A stretch of DNA of 64,000 nt from an uncultured Acidobacteriota bacterium (GCA_963842075.1 CAWJFA010000017.1:664-64663); one strand, 5' to 3'. Shown: positions 44,496 through 53,635, numbered from the stretch's first letter. The notes: generated by a model not told the origin, from the letters alone. Numbers and translations are program-made.

Positions 44496-44600
44496 CTTCT
44501 TTTTTCCAGCTTTCTTTTTCCAGTTTTCTTTTTCCGCCTTTCTTTATTCCAGCTTTCTTTTTCCGACCTTCTTTTTCCGTCCTTCTTTCCTTCTTTTCTC
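44496..44600 (+). repeat. polypyrimidine minisatellite (about 7 units of a 14-15-nt CTTTCTTTTTCCNN motif)
   Basis: 105 nt with only 11 purines on the + strand. Units CTTCTTTTTTCCAG / CTTTCTTTTTCCAG / TTTTCTTTTTCCGC / CTTTCTTTATTCCAG / CTTTCTTTTTCCGAC / CTTCTTTTTCCGTC / CTTCTTTCCTTCTTTTCTC. Confidence 0.9.
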
Positions 44601-44798
44601 GTTGAGGGTAATGGCGGTAACCAGGGGCGTAGGACTGTCCATGTGGGCACGGGTGGGACTAAGCCCTGTGAGAGCCCCACTGTCCCTTTAGGCATCTGCC
44701 GCGGTTCGAGGGGGCGAAGGAGAATGACCCCGCCGCGCGACTTCGAGTTTCAGCGATTTGTTCTTTCCCAGACTCGCCACCGTCTCAAGGAGAACTCC

Positions 44799-46199
44799 AT
44801 GTGCTGGAAATTGGAAAGACTTCTTTCCGTGAAGACTCACCCTGCCAGCCGATGCAAGATGTCGGCCACACCACTACTGTTCGGATTCGCGGCGCTGTTC
44901 CTGTTGACGACAATGCAGGGCGCTGGGCAAACAGCCAGCGATCCTGGGGTGCGTGGCGGACCGGCGGGGGCGGGATCGGCCATTGGCGGACTGACGCCTG
45001 CGCAACAGTCTTTCTACATCGCCGGCCTGATGAACTTCCTGCAACTTGATTCGGTGACGGGCTCAGTACCGAATACGGGTAACGGCCTTGGTCCCAGATT
45101 CAATGCTGAATCTTGCGGGCAGTGCCATGCAGCGCCCACGACCGGCGGATCGAGTCCGACGGTGAACCCGCAAGTTGCGGCAGCCACGGACCAGGGGGCT
45201 ACGAATCAGATACCTTTTTTTATCAGCTCCAATGGTCCGGTGCGCGAAGCACGCTTTCCGTATACTGCCGACCTGAAACAGCCGGACGGGGGTGTTCATA
45301 ATCTGTTCACGATCACGGGCCGCGGCGATGCGCAGGGCTGCAATCTGGCTCAGCCAAACTTTCAACAGGCGGCGGAGAGCGGGAATCTGATCTTCCGCAT
45401 ACCGACGCCGGTATTTGGTGGTGGGCTGATCGAATCGATTCCCGACGCTACTATCCTTAGCAATATTAATTCCAACCGGGCTGCCAAGAGCGCCATGGGA
45501 ATTGGGGGGCGCGCCAATACCAGCGCTAATGATGGGACCGTCACGCGATTCGGGTGGAAGGCGCAAAACAAGTCGCTCGAGATGTTTTCGGGTGAGGCCT
45601 ACAACGTGGAGATCGGGGTCACCAACGAAATCTTTCCGAACGAACGTGATGGAACTGCGGGCTGCCAATTTAACGGGACTCCGGAGGACAGCACGAACTT
45701 TGGTCTGGACGGGACCGCGCTTCCGAGCGACGTTGTGCGCTTCACCAGCTTCATGCGGCTTCTGGACCAGCCACAGCCCGCGCCGGCCACGAGCTCGACC
45801 GTTCATGGACAGCAAGTGTTCGCCAAGATCGGTTGCGCTTTGTGCCATACGCCTTCGTTCAAAACGGGTGCGTCGAGCGTGGCCGCGCTCAGCAATGTTC
45901 AGGCGAACCTGTTTTCCGATCTCCTGATTCATCGCATGGGGGCCGGATTGGCTGACAATGTTGGCCAGGGAGCGGCGGGCGGTGACGAGTTCCGAACGGC
46001 GCCGTTGTGGGGGCTGGGGCAGCGGATTTATTTTCTTCACGATGGCAGGACTTCGGACCTAGGGAAGACGATTGGTTTGCACGCGGGCGCCGGGAATGGG
46101 CATTATCCGGCTTCTGAAGCGAATGCCGTGATTAACAGCTACAAAAATCTTTCCGAGCGGGATAAGCAGGATCTGTTGAACTTTCTGCGGTCGTTGTAG
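44799..46199 (+). CDS. di-heme cytochrome c family protein (DUF1111 / thiol-oxidoreductase-like)
   Basis: Two CxxCH motifs (CGQCHAAP, CALCHTP). GRFGWKAQ-like block TRFGWKAQNKSL, FRTAPLWGLG. AAGGAG SD before ATG 44799; alternative ATG 44859 (MSATPLLFGFAALFLL). The track ORF from 44397 runs through the repeat tract. Confidence 0.8.
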   Translation: MCWKLERLLSVKTHPASRCKMSATPLLFGFAALFLLTTMQGAGQTASDPGVRGGPAGAGSAIGGLTPAQQSFYIAGLMNFLQLDSVTGSVPNTGNGLGPRFNAESCGQCHAAPTTGGSSPTVNPQVAAATDQGATNQIPFFISSNGPVREARFPYTADLKQPDGGVHNLFTITGRGDAQGCNLAQPNFQQAAESGNLIFRIPTPVFGGGLIESIPDATILSNINSNRAAKSAMGIGGRANTSANDGTVTRFGWKAQNKSLEMFSGEAYNVEIGVTNEIFPNERDGTAGCQFNGTPEDSTNFGLDGTALPSDVVRFTSFMRLLDQPQPAPATSSTVHGQQVFAKIGCALCHTPSFKTGASSVAALSNVQANLFSDLLIHRMGAGLADNVGQGAAGGDEFRTAPLWGLGQRIYFLHDGRTSDLGKTIGLHAGAGNGHYPASEANAVINSYKNLSERDKQDLLNFLRSL

Positions 46200-46231
46200 C
46201 GATGTGAGGGCAAGAGAAAGTTAGAGGACGG

Positions 46232-46268
46232 GGCGAAAGCGTTTCAAGGCTTTCGCCTCGCGCTTTTT
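46232..46268 (+). terminator. intrinsic terminator candidate
   Basis: GGCGAAAGC, loop GTTTCAAG, GCTTTCGCC (perfect 9 bp), then TCGCGCTTTTT. Lies 33 nt after the stop of 44799..46199. Confidence 0.6.
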
Positions 46269-46285
46269 GGCTACGATTTCTAGAG

Positions 46286-47173
46286 TCATTGGCGTTCTGT
46301 CGTGCGTTGCGGCCTGGCGGAGGAAATCGCGGGTTCTTTCGCGGGAGTGATCTGAAGCATGGATCTTCCGCTGACGTGGATGAAGCTAAGCTCGCGGGCT
46401 GCGAGCAGGGCATTTACGGCTTCTTTCACGCGGGAGCGCGCGACGAAATTTCCGAAGAAGACTTCGAGTTCGGCGGGCTCGGCGGCGATTACGCAGTCCA
46501 AATATTTCGAGAGCAGTGCGGAGACGGCTTGCTGCACGGAGACTCCCACGCCTTCGCGGACGGCATCAGGCGACCAGCGGTAGAGGACATCCCAGAACGA
46601 GCCTTCGGTGGGTTTGTAGTCGACGCGGGTGATGCGAAGCTTGGCGAGCAATTCGCCGAGAGCTTTGTCGAGCGCGGGCAGCGAGACGGCACCGCCGAGG
46701 GCTTCCTGCAACTTTTGTTTGGAGATGGGACCGTCACGTTCAATCAGGGCAAAGGCATCGCAGGCCAGCGGGGAATACGGAGAACGAGGGCCCTGCTTGG
46801 GCGCGAGCCTGGGATTGCGCTCGCCGACCAGGGCATAGAAATAAGGGAAGACCGAGGCGGCGACGAGGAATGCATTGTTCTCGTCGAAAACGTTTGCCTC
46901 ATAGGCGGAGCGCTCGCGAAGCAGGCGGACCATGAGTTCGGTTGCGGCCAGCGCGCGGGGATCAGAATAGGCATGCTGCCAGGTGGGAAGACGATTGTCC
47001 GAACCTACGAAAGCGCCGATGAACGTGGGCACCGGCATGGTGGGACGGACGGGGTACATCAGGCAAAGGCCGACGGCCTCGACAAAGGCGCGAGCTTCCT
47101 CGATTGTCCGGATGGGCTTGCCATCGAGGCGCCATTTCTCGCGGCGGAGTTGCTGGAGGTCGGATTCGGTCAT
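46286..47173 (-). CDS. hypothetical protein (possibly winged-helix, AlkZ/YcaQ-related; tentative)
   Basis: 295 aa, GC3-rich. ...GPISKQKLQEALGGAVSLPALDKALGELLAKLRITRV... resembles a wHTH. Family assignment is from memory only. Confidence 0.5.
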   Translation of the reverse strand: MTESDLQQLRREKWRLDGKPIRTIEEARAFVEAVGLCLMYPVRPTMPVPTFIGAFVGSDNRLPTWQHAYSDPRALAATELMVRLLRERSAYEANVFDENNAFLVAASVFPYFYALVGERNPRLAPKQGPRSPYSPLACDAFALIERDGPISKQKLQEALGGAVSLPALDKALGELLAKLRITRVDYKPTEGSFWDVLYRWSPDAVREGVGVSVQQAVSALLSKYLDCVIAAEPAELEVFFGNFVARSRVKEAVNALLAARELSFIHVSGRSMLQITPAKEPAISSARPQRTTERQ

Positions 47174-47183
47174 AGGGGGTTGT

Positions 47184-47225
47184 CAGCTATCGGCTATCAG
47201 CTTTCGGCTTTCGGCTTTCGGCTTT
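47184..47225 (+). repeat. six heptamers C(A/G)GCT(A/T)T
   Basis: CAGCTAT CGGCTAT CAGCTTT CGGCTTT CGGCTTT CGGCTTT. Confidence 0.85.
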
Positions 47226-47263
47226 CCATCGAGATGCATCACGTACCAGCGGAGATGAGCGGG

Positions 47264-47308
47264 AGATCCCTCGTCCCGCTGGTGAAAGCGCGGGACTTCG
47301 GGATGACG
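47264..47308 (+). repeat. family-1 element, divergent 45-nt variant
   Basis: AGATCCCTCGTCCCGCTGGTGAAAGCGCGGGACTTCGGGATGACG. Inner stem CCCGC/GCGGG. Confidence 0.75.
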
Positions 47309-47316
47309 CCGTGTTC

Positions 47317-47395
47317 CGCTATCTGCTATCAGGTTTCAGCCATCAGCTAAATAACGCTGACTCGTGTTCTGTTGAGAGCTGAAAGCTGACAGCTA
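47317..47395 (+). repeat. heptamer repeats plus the GCTGAAAGCTGACAGCT motif at the mutL stop
   Basis: CGCTATC TGCTATC AGGTTTC AGCCATC AGCTAAA ... GCTGAAAGCTGACAGCT (47378-47394), identical to 16595-16611. Confidence 0.85.
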
Positions 47396-49399
47396 GATTC
47401 TCTTAAATGCTTTCTGGATGTCCTTTACAGAATACCGCAGGACGACCGGTCTGCCGTGGGGGCAGGACATGGGGTGGTCGGTTTTTGCGAGTTCGGCGAG
47501 GAGCCAGTCCATTTTGTTTTGCTCGAGGGGCATGTTGACTTTGATGGCGGCATGGCAGGCGATGGAAGCGGCGATGCGGCTGCGGATTTTTTCCAGGTTC
47601 AGCGATTGCTCTTCGCGGGAGATCTGGTCGAGTAGTTCGTGGAGCATGCGCTCGACCGCGGCCGCGTCCACTCCGGCGGGCGCGAGTTTTACAGCGACGC
47701 TGCGGGCGCCGAAGGGCTCGGCTTCGAAGCCATTGTGCTGGAGTTCGTCGGCGATCTCGGTGAATACGGCTTGCTGCGCGGGAGAGAGTTCGATGACGAT
47801 CGGCATGAGCAGGCGCTGGCTTTCGACTTTCCGTTCGGCGCGCTGCTTGAGGATGCGTTCGAAGAGCACGCGCTCGTGGGCGACGTGCTGATCGACGATC
47901 CATAAGCCGTCCTGGTTGACGGCGAGGATGAATGAATTGCGGATTTGTCCAAGGGGACGGAGGGTAGAGAGTGCGGCGAGGGTGGGTTCTTCGTCCTGTA
48001 CGTCGAGCGCGGGGGCGCAGCCGTTATCTGGAATGGCATCGGGCCAATTTTGTTCGAGGGCGTTCTGTTGAAGTCCGCGGGCAACGGGGATGGCGGCGTT
48101 GGCTTCGACGGCGATTCCGCCTTCGAACTGGAAGCGGGCGGAAACCGGCGGCGGCTGCGGCGGTTGCAGAGCGAATCGGCCGGGCGCTTCATACGACGTG
48201 TGCAGTGGCGCACCTGAGGCGGCGGTGAGATCGGAGGGTGGTTCCCAGTCGCGGGCTCCGGGCGTGAGGCCGGAACTGGCGGTGGCGTGGGCATGAATTT
48301 CTGTGGTGAACTGCGGCGCGGGGCGGGCTTTCATCAGGGCAGCACGTACGGTGTCGCGCACGAAGTCGTGCATCACCGAGGATTGGCGGAAACGGACTTC
48401 GGTTTTCGAGGGATGAACGTTGACGTCGACTTCGCCTGCCGGCATTTCGAGGAAGAGCAGCACGACGGGATAGACAGTGGGCGGAATGATGTTGCGGTAG
48501 GCCTCGGTGAGCCCGTGCTGGATGAGGCGGTCGCGAATCAGGCGGCCGTTGACGAAGATAAAGATGGAATTGCGATTCAGCTTCTGGATTTCGGGTTTGG
48601 AGATGAAGCCGTGGAGGCGCATCTCGCCGGGATCGGTGGGGTTTGCGTCATCTTCATTGTCAGATTCTTTGCGGCGCCAGGGCGGAGGTTGAGGCAGGCC
48701 GATGTGGGCGAGGGGTTGGACGGCGGCCACGGCGATCAGTTGGTCGAGAGTTTCTTTGCCGAAGACCTGATAGACGCGTTCGCTGTATCCCGCGACCGGG
48801 GGCGCGACCAGCATGGAGTTGGTGGTGGTGTGCAATTCAAAATGCTTTTCCGGGTGGGCCAGGGCGTAATGAGTGACCAGGGACGCGATGTGCGAGAGTT
48901 CGGTGGACTCGGCTTTCAAAAACTTTTTCCGGGCCGGCGTATTGAAGAAAAGATCGCGCACGGTGATGGACGTGCCTTCGGGAAGGCCGGCTTCTTCGAC
49001 ACGGGCCATCTTGCCACCATTGATTTCGACGATGGTTCCGGCTGCCGATTCTTGAGCGCGGGTTTCGAGGTGCAGACGGGAGACGGAGGCGATGGAGGGC
49101 AGCGCTTCGCCGCGAAATCCGAGAGTAGTCACGCTCAGCAAGTCTTCGGCATTTTTTAGTTTGGAGGTGGCATGGCGCTCGAAGGCGAGCATGGCGTCGT
49201 CGCGAACCATGCCGCATCCGTTGTCAGTGATCTGGATGAGTTTCTTGCCGCCGGCCTCGATGGTGATTTTGATTCGGGTGGCGCCGGCATCGAGTGCGTT
49301 TTCGAGCAGTTCTTTCACGACCGAGGCGGGACGTTCGACGACCTCGCCGGCGGCGATTTTGTTGGCGACTTGCTCGGAGAGTACGTGGATCCGGCCCAT
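47393..49399 (-). CDS. mutL: DNA mismatch repair endonuclease MutL
   Basis: MGRIHVLSEQVANKIAAGEVVERPASVVKELLENALDAGATRI (GHKL ATPase). C-terminal dimerisation/endonuclease domain (DQHVAHERVLFE, ACHAAIK, CPHGRP). The track ORF's 157-codon N-terminal extension is rejected. Confidence 0.95.
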   Translation of the reverse strand: MGRIHVLSEQVANKIAAGEVVERPASVVKELLENALDAGATRIKITIEAGGKKLIQITDNGCGMVRDDAMLAFERHATSKLKNAEDLLSVTTLGFRGEALPSIASVSRLHLETRAQESAAGTIVEINGGKMARVEEAGLPEGTSITVRDLFFNTPARKKFLKAESTELSHIASLVTHYALAHPEKHFELHTTTNSMLVAPPVAGYSERVYQVFGKETLDQLIAVAAVQPLAHIGLPQPPPWRRKESDNEDDANPTDPGEMRLHGFISKPEIQKLNRNSIFIFVNGRLIRDRLIQHGLTEAYRNIIPPTVYPVVLLFLEMPAGEVDVNVHPSKTEVRFRQSSVMHDFVRDTVRAALMKARPAPQFTTEIHAHATASSGLTPGARDWEPPSDLTAASGAPLHTSYEAPGRFALQPPQPPPVSARFQFEGGIAVEANAAIPVARGLQQNALEQNWPDAIPDNGCAPALDVQDEEPTLAALSTLRPLGQIRNSFILAVNQDGLWIVDQHVAHERVLFERILKQRAERKVESQRLLMPIVIELSPAQQAVFTEIADELQHNGFEAEPFGARSVAVKLAPAGVDAAAVERMLHELLDQISREEQSLNLEKIRSRIAASIACHAAIKVNMPLEQNKMDWLLAELAKTDHPMSCPHGRPVVLRYSVKDIQKAFKRI

Positions 49400-49594
49400 G
49401 AGGCAGTTCTCAGTTCTCGGTGGTTGTTGGGGACAGGGCCAGTTTCGCAGATGGGAGCGGGGGAAGGCAAAGGTCGGGGAGGCACGGAGGGGATGGAGGC
49501 TTCTGGACCGGCATTCGCATGTGTCCTGGCGGACGCGTTTGGCCGCGGGTGATGGAAATGCCTTGCGGAGCTGTTGGTGACTGGGACGTGAAAG

Positions 49595-49655
49595 GGATCC
49601 TTCGACTCCGCAAGTGCTTCGCATTCGCGAAACACTTGCTGCGCTCAGGATGACA
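49595..49655 (+). repeat. family-1 palindromic element, full copy with a different inner stem
   Basis: GGATCCTTCGACTCCGCAAGTGCTTCGCATTCGCGAAACACTTGCTGCGCTCAGGATGACA. Confidence 0.9.
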
Positions 49656-49670
49656 AAGTCAGGGAAAGAG

Positions 49671-51182
49671 TTAGTTTTCTGTGGGTTCGACTTTTGCTTT
49701 GGGGGGCGGGAGTGATCTGCCGGGTTTGGGCGGGGTTGGTGGAACTGCGGGCACGGAGGGCACGGCGGCGGACGATTTTGTGGAGCGGCGAATTTCGATG
49801 CCGTCGTGCTCGTTGTTGATGACGATGTGGGAAGCGCCGTTACCGATGGTGCCGGCGGCTTTCGCCTCATGGTCGTTGCTATCGATTTTCAACTCGGGAA
49901 AGTCCGACTGAATTTCGCCGTCGCGGGTGCGGGCATCGAGGTGGAATCCGGCCTTGTCGGGCACGCTCAAGTGGATGTCGCCATTGCGGTCGTCGATCTG
50001 CACGTTGCCGAGGGAGCGCATGGAGATTTCGATGCCGCCGTTTGCGTCCTGAACCCGGAGATCGCCGGAGACATCTTCCAGATGGATTTGTTTCGAGCGG
50101 GTGGTCAGATGCACGGGACCAGTGATTTGCTCGGCATGGAGGTCATCGGAATCGAGATCGAGTTCGCCATCGAGGCGAGAAAGTTCCAGATCGGTGCGGG
50201 AGGATTTGAAAATCACGTTCTTGCTGATGCGGGCGAGCTTCACGCTTTCGCCGAATTCGCCGTCGAGCTGCACCGCGCCCTTGACATCGATGACCGAGAC
50301 TTCGTTCAGGCGGCCATCGATGTGGACGTCGCCGGTGATCTGCTCGATCTTGGCGGAACTCTTTTCGAGATTCAGCCGGGCGTTTCCGTTCACGTCTTCC
50401 ACGGAAACGTCGCCGTGCTGGTTGTTGATTTCGACTTCACCGTCGCGGCCGGTGACGGAGACATCGCCGCGGCGGGAAGTGGAATGCAATTCCATCTTGC
50501 GCGGGATAGAGATGTCGAGATCGGTTTGGACGGGGTGATCGCCGGCAGCTTGAGTTCTGGCGTCGAGGATCATGACGTTGCCGGCGAGGGTAATGGCGGG
50601 TGAGGTTTGCTTGTTGTATTTGTCGGCGTCGCTCTGGTTTTCTGCGCCGACGCGCTTGCGCACGATGACGGTGATCTTGTTGTCATCGGCGTCGCTGACG
50701 CGGACGGCGCCATGCTCGTTGTTGACGCGCAGACTGGTGACGGAGGGCGGGATGGCCTGTTCGAGGCGGTCATCGAAGTTGAAGGTTTCGCCGAAAATGT
50801 TATTCAGATCGCTGTCGTCGATGTTCATGTTGTCGCGGATCTGATCCCAGTGGAAGCGGGCGACATGGGTGGCGATCAGTCCGAAGAAGACAATGACGAT
50901 GACGAGAAAAATTCCGCCACCGCCGATGCCGCGAACGGGTATGCCGTCGCGCTGAGCTTGCTGATATTCGATCAGTTTGACTATGCCCCAGAAGATGAGC
51001 AACGCGGGCCAATAGTGAGCGAAGATAATTCCGAGGCGCGTCCAGGAAATCATACGCAGGTTGCCCAGGAGGAAAACGATGCCCAGGATAATCAGCACCA
51101 GCGGCCCGGCAAAAGAGCGGCGGGGACGAAGGGGCGGAAGCGGAACGGGCGGTTGAGGCGGATAGGAGACTGGGCTAGACAT
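49671..51182 (-). CDS. DUF4097 (LiaG-like beta-strand repeat) protein with LiaF-like N-terminal TM hairpin
   Basis: MSSPVSYPPQPP..., TM pair with YWPALLIFWGIVKLIEY, then a long GD-(V/I)-x-(V/I/L) beta-repeat region (GDVSVTGRDGEVEINNQHGDVSVEDVNGNARLNL...). ATG 51182 overlaps the upstream stop by 8 nt. Confidence 0.75.
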   Translation of the reverse strand: MSSPVSYPPQPPVPLPPLRPRRSFAGPLVLIILGIVFLLGNLRMISWTRLGIIFAHYWPALLIFWGIVKLIEYQQAQRDGIPVRGIGGGGIFLVIVIVFFGLIATHVARFHWDQIRDNMNIDDSDLNNIFGETFNFDDRLEQAIPPSVTSLRVNNEHGAVRVSDADDNKITVIVRKRVGAENQSDADKYNKQTSPAITLAGNVMILDARTQAAGDHPVQTDLDISIPRKMELHSTSRRGDVSVTGRDGEVEINNQHGDVSVEDVNGNARLNLEKSSAKIEQITGDVHIDGRLNEVSVIDVKGAVQLDGEFGESVKLARISKNVIFKSSRTDLELSRLDGELDLDSDDLHAEQITGPVHLTTRSKQIHLEDVSGDLRVQDANGGIEISMRSLGNVQIDDRNGDIHLSVPDKAGFHLDARTRDGEIQSDFPELKIDSNDHEAKAAGTIGNGASHIVINNEHDGIEIRRSTKSSAAVPSVPAVPPTPPKPGRSLPPPKAKVEPTEN

Positions 51183-52245
51183 TGCGCACCTCACCGGAAG
51201 AAGGGGCTGTGCCCGAGTTAGGAGGAGGCGCGGGTGGAGGTGGAGGCGCGACTGGGGGTTGAGCCTGCAACTGCCGGCTGACGTGGCCGGCTGACGAAGC
51301 GTTGCTCTGCAGCAGCTTGACCACGCCAATGACGAGAAGGATGGCGGGCCAGGTGCGCTCGAAGTTGGCGACGTAGAGGCTCTGAAGCAGAAAGAGAATG
51401 CCGATGGTCATCAGGACGGCGGGACCGGTGATTCTGCGCATGCGGCAGCGATCGCAGGTGCAGGTCATCCCGACGTACCTGCGCAAGCGGCAGCGTTCGC
51501 AAGTGCAGTCCGCGGGATGAACTCCGATGATGCCCCACTGCCTGGCGAACATCCAGGCTCCGAGGAAAATCAGAATGAGCGGCCAGAAACGGTCGATGCC
51601 GAACTCGAAAATGTTCATGGTGTGCAGCAGGAAGAGCACGCCGAGCGCAATCAAGAGGATGGCGACGAAGGGAATATTCCTCGTCTCACTCTTCTCTCCC
51701 ATGCTGAAGGCTTGTCCCAGACCGAAAGGATCAGGAGCGGGTTGTCCCTCCTGCAGCGCGCGGGCAGTGCGCACGGCATCGATGATCTGGTAGACGTAGA
51801 AGAAGGCGATGGAGATGCCGAACAGGGCATCCCAACTGCCGGCGTGATCGGAAGCGAAGATGAGCAATCCGAAAATGAGTAAGTGGGCAAGTCCCTTGGC
51901 ATACTGCGAGCAGTAGACGGCGCCGACGCCGAAGGGAAAGAATCCAGCGAGGATGCCGGCGACCGTGGGATTGGGACCGGAGCTGTGCGATTTGAAAGGC
52001 GCTACTGGCGGCGTGCCGGGCGCCTGACCGACTGGCACGTATCCAGCCTGAGCGGGCGGGACAAAGCCTGCCGAGGGCTGAGAGAATCCGGGCGCAGGCG
52101 GCATGGTGGCGTCGAGACGGGCTGCAAGGCAGGGCTCGCAGTAGACGACACCGCGGACGTCGCGGATGCAGTTGGCGCAAAGCGGCTTGCCGCAAGTGCG
52201 GCAAAACGCGGCTGCGGCAATATCGGGGTGCGTGGCGCAGTTCAT
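51175..52245 (-). CDS. B-box zinc-finger membrane protein
   Basis: MNCATHPDIAAAAFCRTCGKPLCANCIRDVRGVVYCEPCLAARL, P-rich linker, about 6 TM segments. Duplicated CTCERCRLRR / CTCDRCRMRR motifs and FWPLILIFLGAW / TWPAILLVIGVV motifs. Confidence 0.7.
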   Translation of the reverse strand: MNCATHPDIAAAAFCRTCGKPLCANCIRDVRGVVYCEPCLAARLDATMPPAPGFSQPSAGFVPPAQAGYVPVGQAPGTPPVAPFKSHSSGPNPTVAGILAGFFPFGVGAVYCSQYAKGLAHLLIFGLLIFASDHAGSWDALFGISIAFFYVYQIIDAVRTARALQEGQPAPDPFGLGQAFSMGEKSETRNIPFVAILLIALGVLFLLHTMNIFEFGIDRFWPLILIFLGAWMFARQWGIIGVHPADCTCERCRLRRYVGMTCTCDRCRMRRITGPAVLMTIGILFLLQSLYVANFERTWPAILLVIGVVKLLQSNASSAGHVSRQLQAQPPVAPPPPPAPPPNSGTAPSSGEVRNV

Positions 52246-53039
52246 ACGAACCTCCTGTACGTGGTCACCGACACTACAGGCAGATCCGGATTTAAAGGAT
52301 CAAAGACAGATGGACCCAGGGGAGCGCTGGCTAGAACGAGATGGTTCTCGGTCTGGCTGTAGTTGCGCTCCTGTTTCTGCTCGGGCTGTTGTGTTGTGTC
52401 GTTCTTATGCTCTTTCTTTTCCGGAGCGGCTTCGCCGGAAGGCGGTTCGGCGGGCGCGAGGTTACGCTTGATTCCGCGCACCGCCGCCTGCACTTCGTAG
52501 ACGAGCCGAATGTTGTCATAGTAGCGGACGACGCGGGCTTGGGCGTTGTAGTAAGTGTGGCGGACGGCGGATGGACGCAAGCTGACCTCGCGCAGGTCGG
52601 CGGGTTTTACGCCGATGATGCTCAAAGCCACCGACAGGGCGAAGAAAGCCATGCCGAACGACATGGCAAATCGCGGCTGCCGGACCGTGCCCCAGATGGG
52701 CTGCATGGCCCCTGAGAGCCAGGCTTGCGCGTGCTCCAGCCAACCAATTTGAGGCTGCGCCGCCGACACATTGACCCGCAAGCGTTGGGTGTCAACGCCC
52801 GTTGTGGATGCCAGGATATTGGTGACCAGGCTGACTGGAGGCTCCACCTCCGTGAGATCCTTCAGCCAGTTGCGGCCCGCCTGAACTTCGGCGAACAGCG
52901 GCCCGCAGGCGGAACAAGTCCGCGCGTGAGCCTGGAAGCGGTCGAGTTGCAGGCCGGTCAGGACGCCATCAAGGGCGTCCGAGAGCAGGCCATCGAACTC
53001 GTGACACTGCATTCCGTTACTGGTTGGGTCTGGCATCAC
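52242..53039 (-). CDS. anti-sigma factor (zf-HC2 type), single-pass membrane
   Basis: CHEFDGLLSDALDG...FQAHARTCSACGPLFAEV (H-x3-C-x2-C), central TM FAMSFGMAFFALSVALSIIGV. 4-nt overlaps with both neighbours. Confidence 0.75.
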   Translation of the reverse strand: MMPDPTSNGMQCHEFDGLLSDALDGVLTGLQLDRFQAHARTCSACGPLFAEVQAGRNWLKDLTEVEPPVSLVTNILASTTGVDTQRLRVNVSAAQPQIGWLEHAQAWLSGAMQPIWGTVRQPRFAMSFGMAFFALSVALSIIGVKPADLREVSLRPSAVRHTYYNAQARVVRYYDNIRLVYEVQAAVRGIKRNLAPAEPPSGEAAPEKKEHKNDTTQQPEQKQERNYSQTENHLVLASAPLGPSVFDPLNPDLPVVSVTTYRRFV

Positions 53040-53635
53040 ATCACCTGCCTATAGGTACGTTGTAGAAGGCGTGCTAGTTCCGCGCGCCCACGATTTATTC
53101 GACTTTTCACAGTACCCTCCGGAACCTTCAAAACGGTTGCGATTTCACGATAGTCAAGATCCTGTAAATCCCTTAGAATCACTGCCTCGCGAAGCTCTGG
53201 GGAGAGTTTGGCGAGGGCGGCATGAATGGTTTCCGAGACCTCGCGGCTGCGTACGCGCTGGTCCGGGGGAGCGGATTGGTCCTGAATTTGCTCGCTAAGA
53301 GGTTGGGCATCTTCGTGAGCGGATGGCGGGGCATCGAGCGAGTCGGTGATGCGGTCCTGCTTGGTTTTGCGGAAATGATCGACCAGCAGGTTGCGGGTAA
53401 TGGTGGTGACCCAGGTGACGAAGGCGCCTTTGGTGTGATCGTAGGTTGACAGCGTGCGGTACATCTTGATGAAGACTTCCTGGGTGAGGTCTTCGGCATC
53501 GTTGGTTGAGCCGGCAAAGCGGTAGCAAATGTTATAGATACGGCGGTTGTAGGTTTGAACGATTTCTTCCCAGGCAGAGGCGTCACCGGCAACGCAGCGG
53601 CGGACCAGCATCGCGACTACCTGGACATCTTCCAA
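53036..53635 (-). CDS. ECF-type RNA polymerase sigma-70 family factor
   Basis: Region 2 (YNRRIYNICYRFAGSTNDAEDLTQEVFIKMYRTLSTYD, FVTWVTTITRNLLVDHFRK) and region 4 (LRDLQDLDYREIATVLKVPEGTVKSRINRGRAEL). TTG start 53635 (or ATG nine codons in). Confidence 0.92.
   Translation of the reverse strand: MEDVQVVAMLVRRCVAGDASAWEEIVQTYNRRIYNICYRFAGSTNDAEDLTQEVFIKMYRTLSTYDHTKGAFVTWVTTITRNLLVDHFRKTKQDRITDSLDAPPSAHEDAQPLSEQIQDQSAPPDQRVRSREVSETIHAALAKLSPELREAVILRDLQDLDYREIATVLKVPEGTVKSRINRGRAELARLLQRTYRQVM

Noticed and set aside
44393-44695. 100-aa K/E/R-rich minus-strand ORF
   Set aside because: It is the direct translation of the polypurine strand of the minisatellite. The unit length is not a multiple of 3, and there is no start context.
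49400-49870. 157-codon N-terminal extension of mutL in the track ORF (and the similar extension of 49671..51329)
   Set aside because: The extension reads through a family-1 repeat and into the 3' end of the upstream DUF4097 gene (it would overlap it by about 200 nt). The canonical MutL N-terminus begins at ATG 49399. For the DUF4097 gene, ATG 51182 overlaps the upstream stop, as in the rest of the operon.
31165-51182. Identical 8-nt gene-overlap sequence ATGTCTAG at two unrelated junctions (31165-31172 and 51175-51182)
   Set aside because: It is short enough to be coincidence (both downstream genes start Met-Ser-Ser). No extended similarity surrounds the junctions.
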